Source: Yuukianura sp. NJ FZ-2021 (taxonomy: Eukaryota). Taken from it: DNA of 64,000 nt. The notes under the pieces were generated by a model. The model saw only the letters and a program-made list of their open reading frames with translations. It did no database searches and was not told the origin of the DNA. Within the stretch, counting starts at the first letter, position 1; each line of letters begins with the position of its first letter. The stretch lies in the NCBI GenBank assembly GCA_046563655.1, contig CM102288.1, positions 372,001 to 436,000 of the forward strand. The letters are read 5' to 3'. The translations under genes were made by a program, and so were the position numbers. Shown piece after piece: positions 61,701 to 64,000 of this stretch.

Positions 61701-63159
61701 TTTCAAGTTGTAATTTTCTCAGTAGAGACGTTAGATTTGTAATTTGTAAATGCTAAAGTAAATTGAAGTCTTCCGTGCAGGAGTTTTTTAGAAAGCGTTT
61801 TAGAAATCAGAATTGTTTGAGAATTGAGGAAACCAGGTGAGAAATTAGTGTTTCGTTTCATTAACTTTGACACGCAGCAGTTAATTAGAGGGAGAAAGCA
61901 CGTAGCGTTCGTTTCGGCTGTTAAACTGTCTTTGTTTTGAAGTTAATGAAACAAAGCTAGGTTTAATTAACCAAACCTTGTTGTTTAACAGAAGGAAGAC
62001 CAAAGGAAGAAGGTCAAAGGTCAGCTAAGACAGATTACTCTAAAAGTCCAACTATAATAGGATAAATTCCTTCTAGGAGACTTACATGTGAACTTGAGGT
62101 TTACTTTGACAAGACCGGAACTGTTGTGCTCCTCTTCAGAGATTCAATTGTGTAAAGGAAGAAAGCTTTTGGTCTTTGGGTTCTCATTGGAAGGAAACAT
62201 ACAAAATGCATTAGAAACTCAATTCCCGTAAGACTTCAATGGAAGCTGGATACGGAAGACATTTTAAGGTTAGGTTGAAACCTAATGGGTTCTGCAGTAT
62301 ACTGTGCCAAATTAGGTTTTTGAGCCCCCGGAGGCTCTACACTGATTTTTAAAACAGGAAAATTAGGTTGGAGGAAGGAAAAGAAGAGAAAGCTTTTCAT
62401 TTTCTCTTACTTTAAAAAATTGTTTAAAAGAAAATAAGAAGGAAGGAAACCATTTGCCATTGCTAATGATTGTGTTCCGGGAACGCCGTGCTTCTTAGCC
62501 TTAACTCAACCTAGCATTTGTTAGGGTATGTGAATGTTAGGTTTTGGTTTGAGTGGGATTGACGCTTTAAAAGGAACTTGACTTTTAATGAAGAATGAGA
62601 AAGGCTTGGAGGCATTGAATGACGCAGAGGGGAAAAACAATGGAAATTCAATTTCAAATTTTGGAGAAAGTGGGCTGCTGGAGTCAGTTAATGAAAAATT
62701 CAGCGACGTGAGTTATGCATGCTGCTGCTTTGGGCTCTGCTTTGAGTTAACATGAATTGAAAGAGATTGACACTGGAGAAAGTTAGAGTTATGCTCAAGT
62801 TAGGGTGAGGCTATTTCTGAACATTTGGTCAACAACAATTTCGTCAAAACAAAACGTTTCGTAGAGTTGAATAGGTTATGTTTACATGATGGGTTTGGTT
62901 TGTGTTATGTTTTGGTAAAATTGAGTAGTAGGATGGGACGTGTGGTCTAATTTCAATGTTTTTGTGTGTACAGAAGTCGTGTAACGACGAAGGAGGGCTG
63001 GAAGGTCTGGATCGTCTCCAGGGAAAAGCGAAGACCAATTTTGTGAAATTCGTTTGTCAGTGGCTCAAAGACGCTGAATCGCTTCCTGTAGGCAGCTCCA
63101 GTGCAAATGCAGAGAAAAGAACCCAGTTGGCTACTTATATCAACAACTTACATTTTTAA
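55770..63159 (+). CDS. Uncharacterised predominantly helical (ARM/HEAT-like?) protein, ~630 aa
   Basis: Phase-consistent open exons 55770-56157, 56255-56382, 56474-56634, 56713-56880, 56974-57197, 57278-57483, 58605-58751, 58848-58943, 60343-60591, 62974-63159. Leu/Phe-rich amphipathic pattern; no family recognised. Confidence 0.7.
57526..57549 (+). other. Candidate recursive splice site AG|GTAAGC
   Basis: cggtttgtaactttacag|gtaagc lies 60 nt after the weak donor aag|gtctcg (57483/57484). Confidence 0.6.
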
Positions 63160-64000
63160 CAAGTCCAGTTTACTACATTTCATTTTTCAAAAAAGTACTT
63201 TTCCAGTGTTTACTTTAAAAGCAAAGTTGTTGAGCAATTTGTTGTAGAAAATTGTTCGTGTTACTTTCTTTTTACTTTAGAAAGAGAAAGTTTAGGTAAA
63301 AAAAGTTAGGATGTGGAAATTTGTTAGGTGAAAGTTAAGGCTTAGCTGGAGAAAGACTAAAGTAAGTTGATTTCTCTGGAGACAAAGTCAATTCTCTAGA
63401 TAGCTTCATTAGATTTCACTTGAAATGTAATAGTTTATTTATATTTTAATATTTGATGTATTTTTAATATGATTTATTATAAAAATGTAAGATTTAATTT
63501 GGATTTGGAATGGATTCCCAGTTGAGTAGCGGAAATGAAAAGCCTTTCTAATCTTAATTAACTTCGTGTTTTCTGAAGAAGGAAACTGCGGAAATTGAAT
63601 GTCAAAACTGCGAGGATATCCTCGTCATGCTTTTTAGTAAAACTAGAATTAGAATTGCAACAAAAAAGTTGACGAGCGTGAACAGTTCATAATAGCTCTT
63701 TTTCGTCTTTGAAACGATCACTTTGTAATAGTGTTCGCCGTGTGAACGTTTATTACGCGAAAAATTGCTTTTTTTTTCATTTTCATTTCATCATAGCGGA
63801 AACTAACACGTTTTGAAAAAAAAATCTTCTACGTAATTCGGAGCGACGCGGGAGAACTTTGAAGAAACTCAGAAGTGAAAACTTAGAACTTTGGTAAGTT
63901 CTTTGAAACTGAAAAATTCTTTTGAAGGTTGATTTTTTGGAAAAGAGAAAGTTTATTGGACTGAAGGCACCATTAGCACAAGAGATTGATTGAAAGGCTT

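Overview
AT-rich, intron-dense eukaryotic DNA, not prokaryotic. The Mhc exon architecture, AAPV cuticle protein and TTAGG repeats point to an arthropod (pancrustacean/hexapod; finer taxon not determinable). Hand-built, phase-checked gene models in order: 3' end of a classical calpain (+), hypothetical gene (-), Tob/BTG with a ~10 kb 5' region (+), C2H2 zinc-finger gene (+), cuticular protein (+), group-7-allergen/TULIP-like secreted protein with an 11 x 131-bp intronic satellite (+), small membrane protein (-), exportin-6 (-), NDUFA6 (+), a complete muscle myosin heavy chain gene (-), and an uncharacterised helical protein gene (+). The most interesting signals concern RNA processing. (1) A cryptic third loop-2 Mhc exon with a candidate docking-site/selector RNA duplex. 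(2) An in-frame intronic ATG leader predicting a headless myosin-rod protein. (3) AG|GT recursive-splice-like sites. (4) Calpain microexons. (5) An N-terminally extended, apparently PAM2-less Tob. All isoform claims are predictions needing RNA data.
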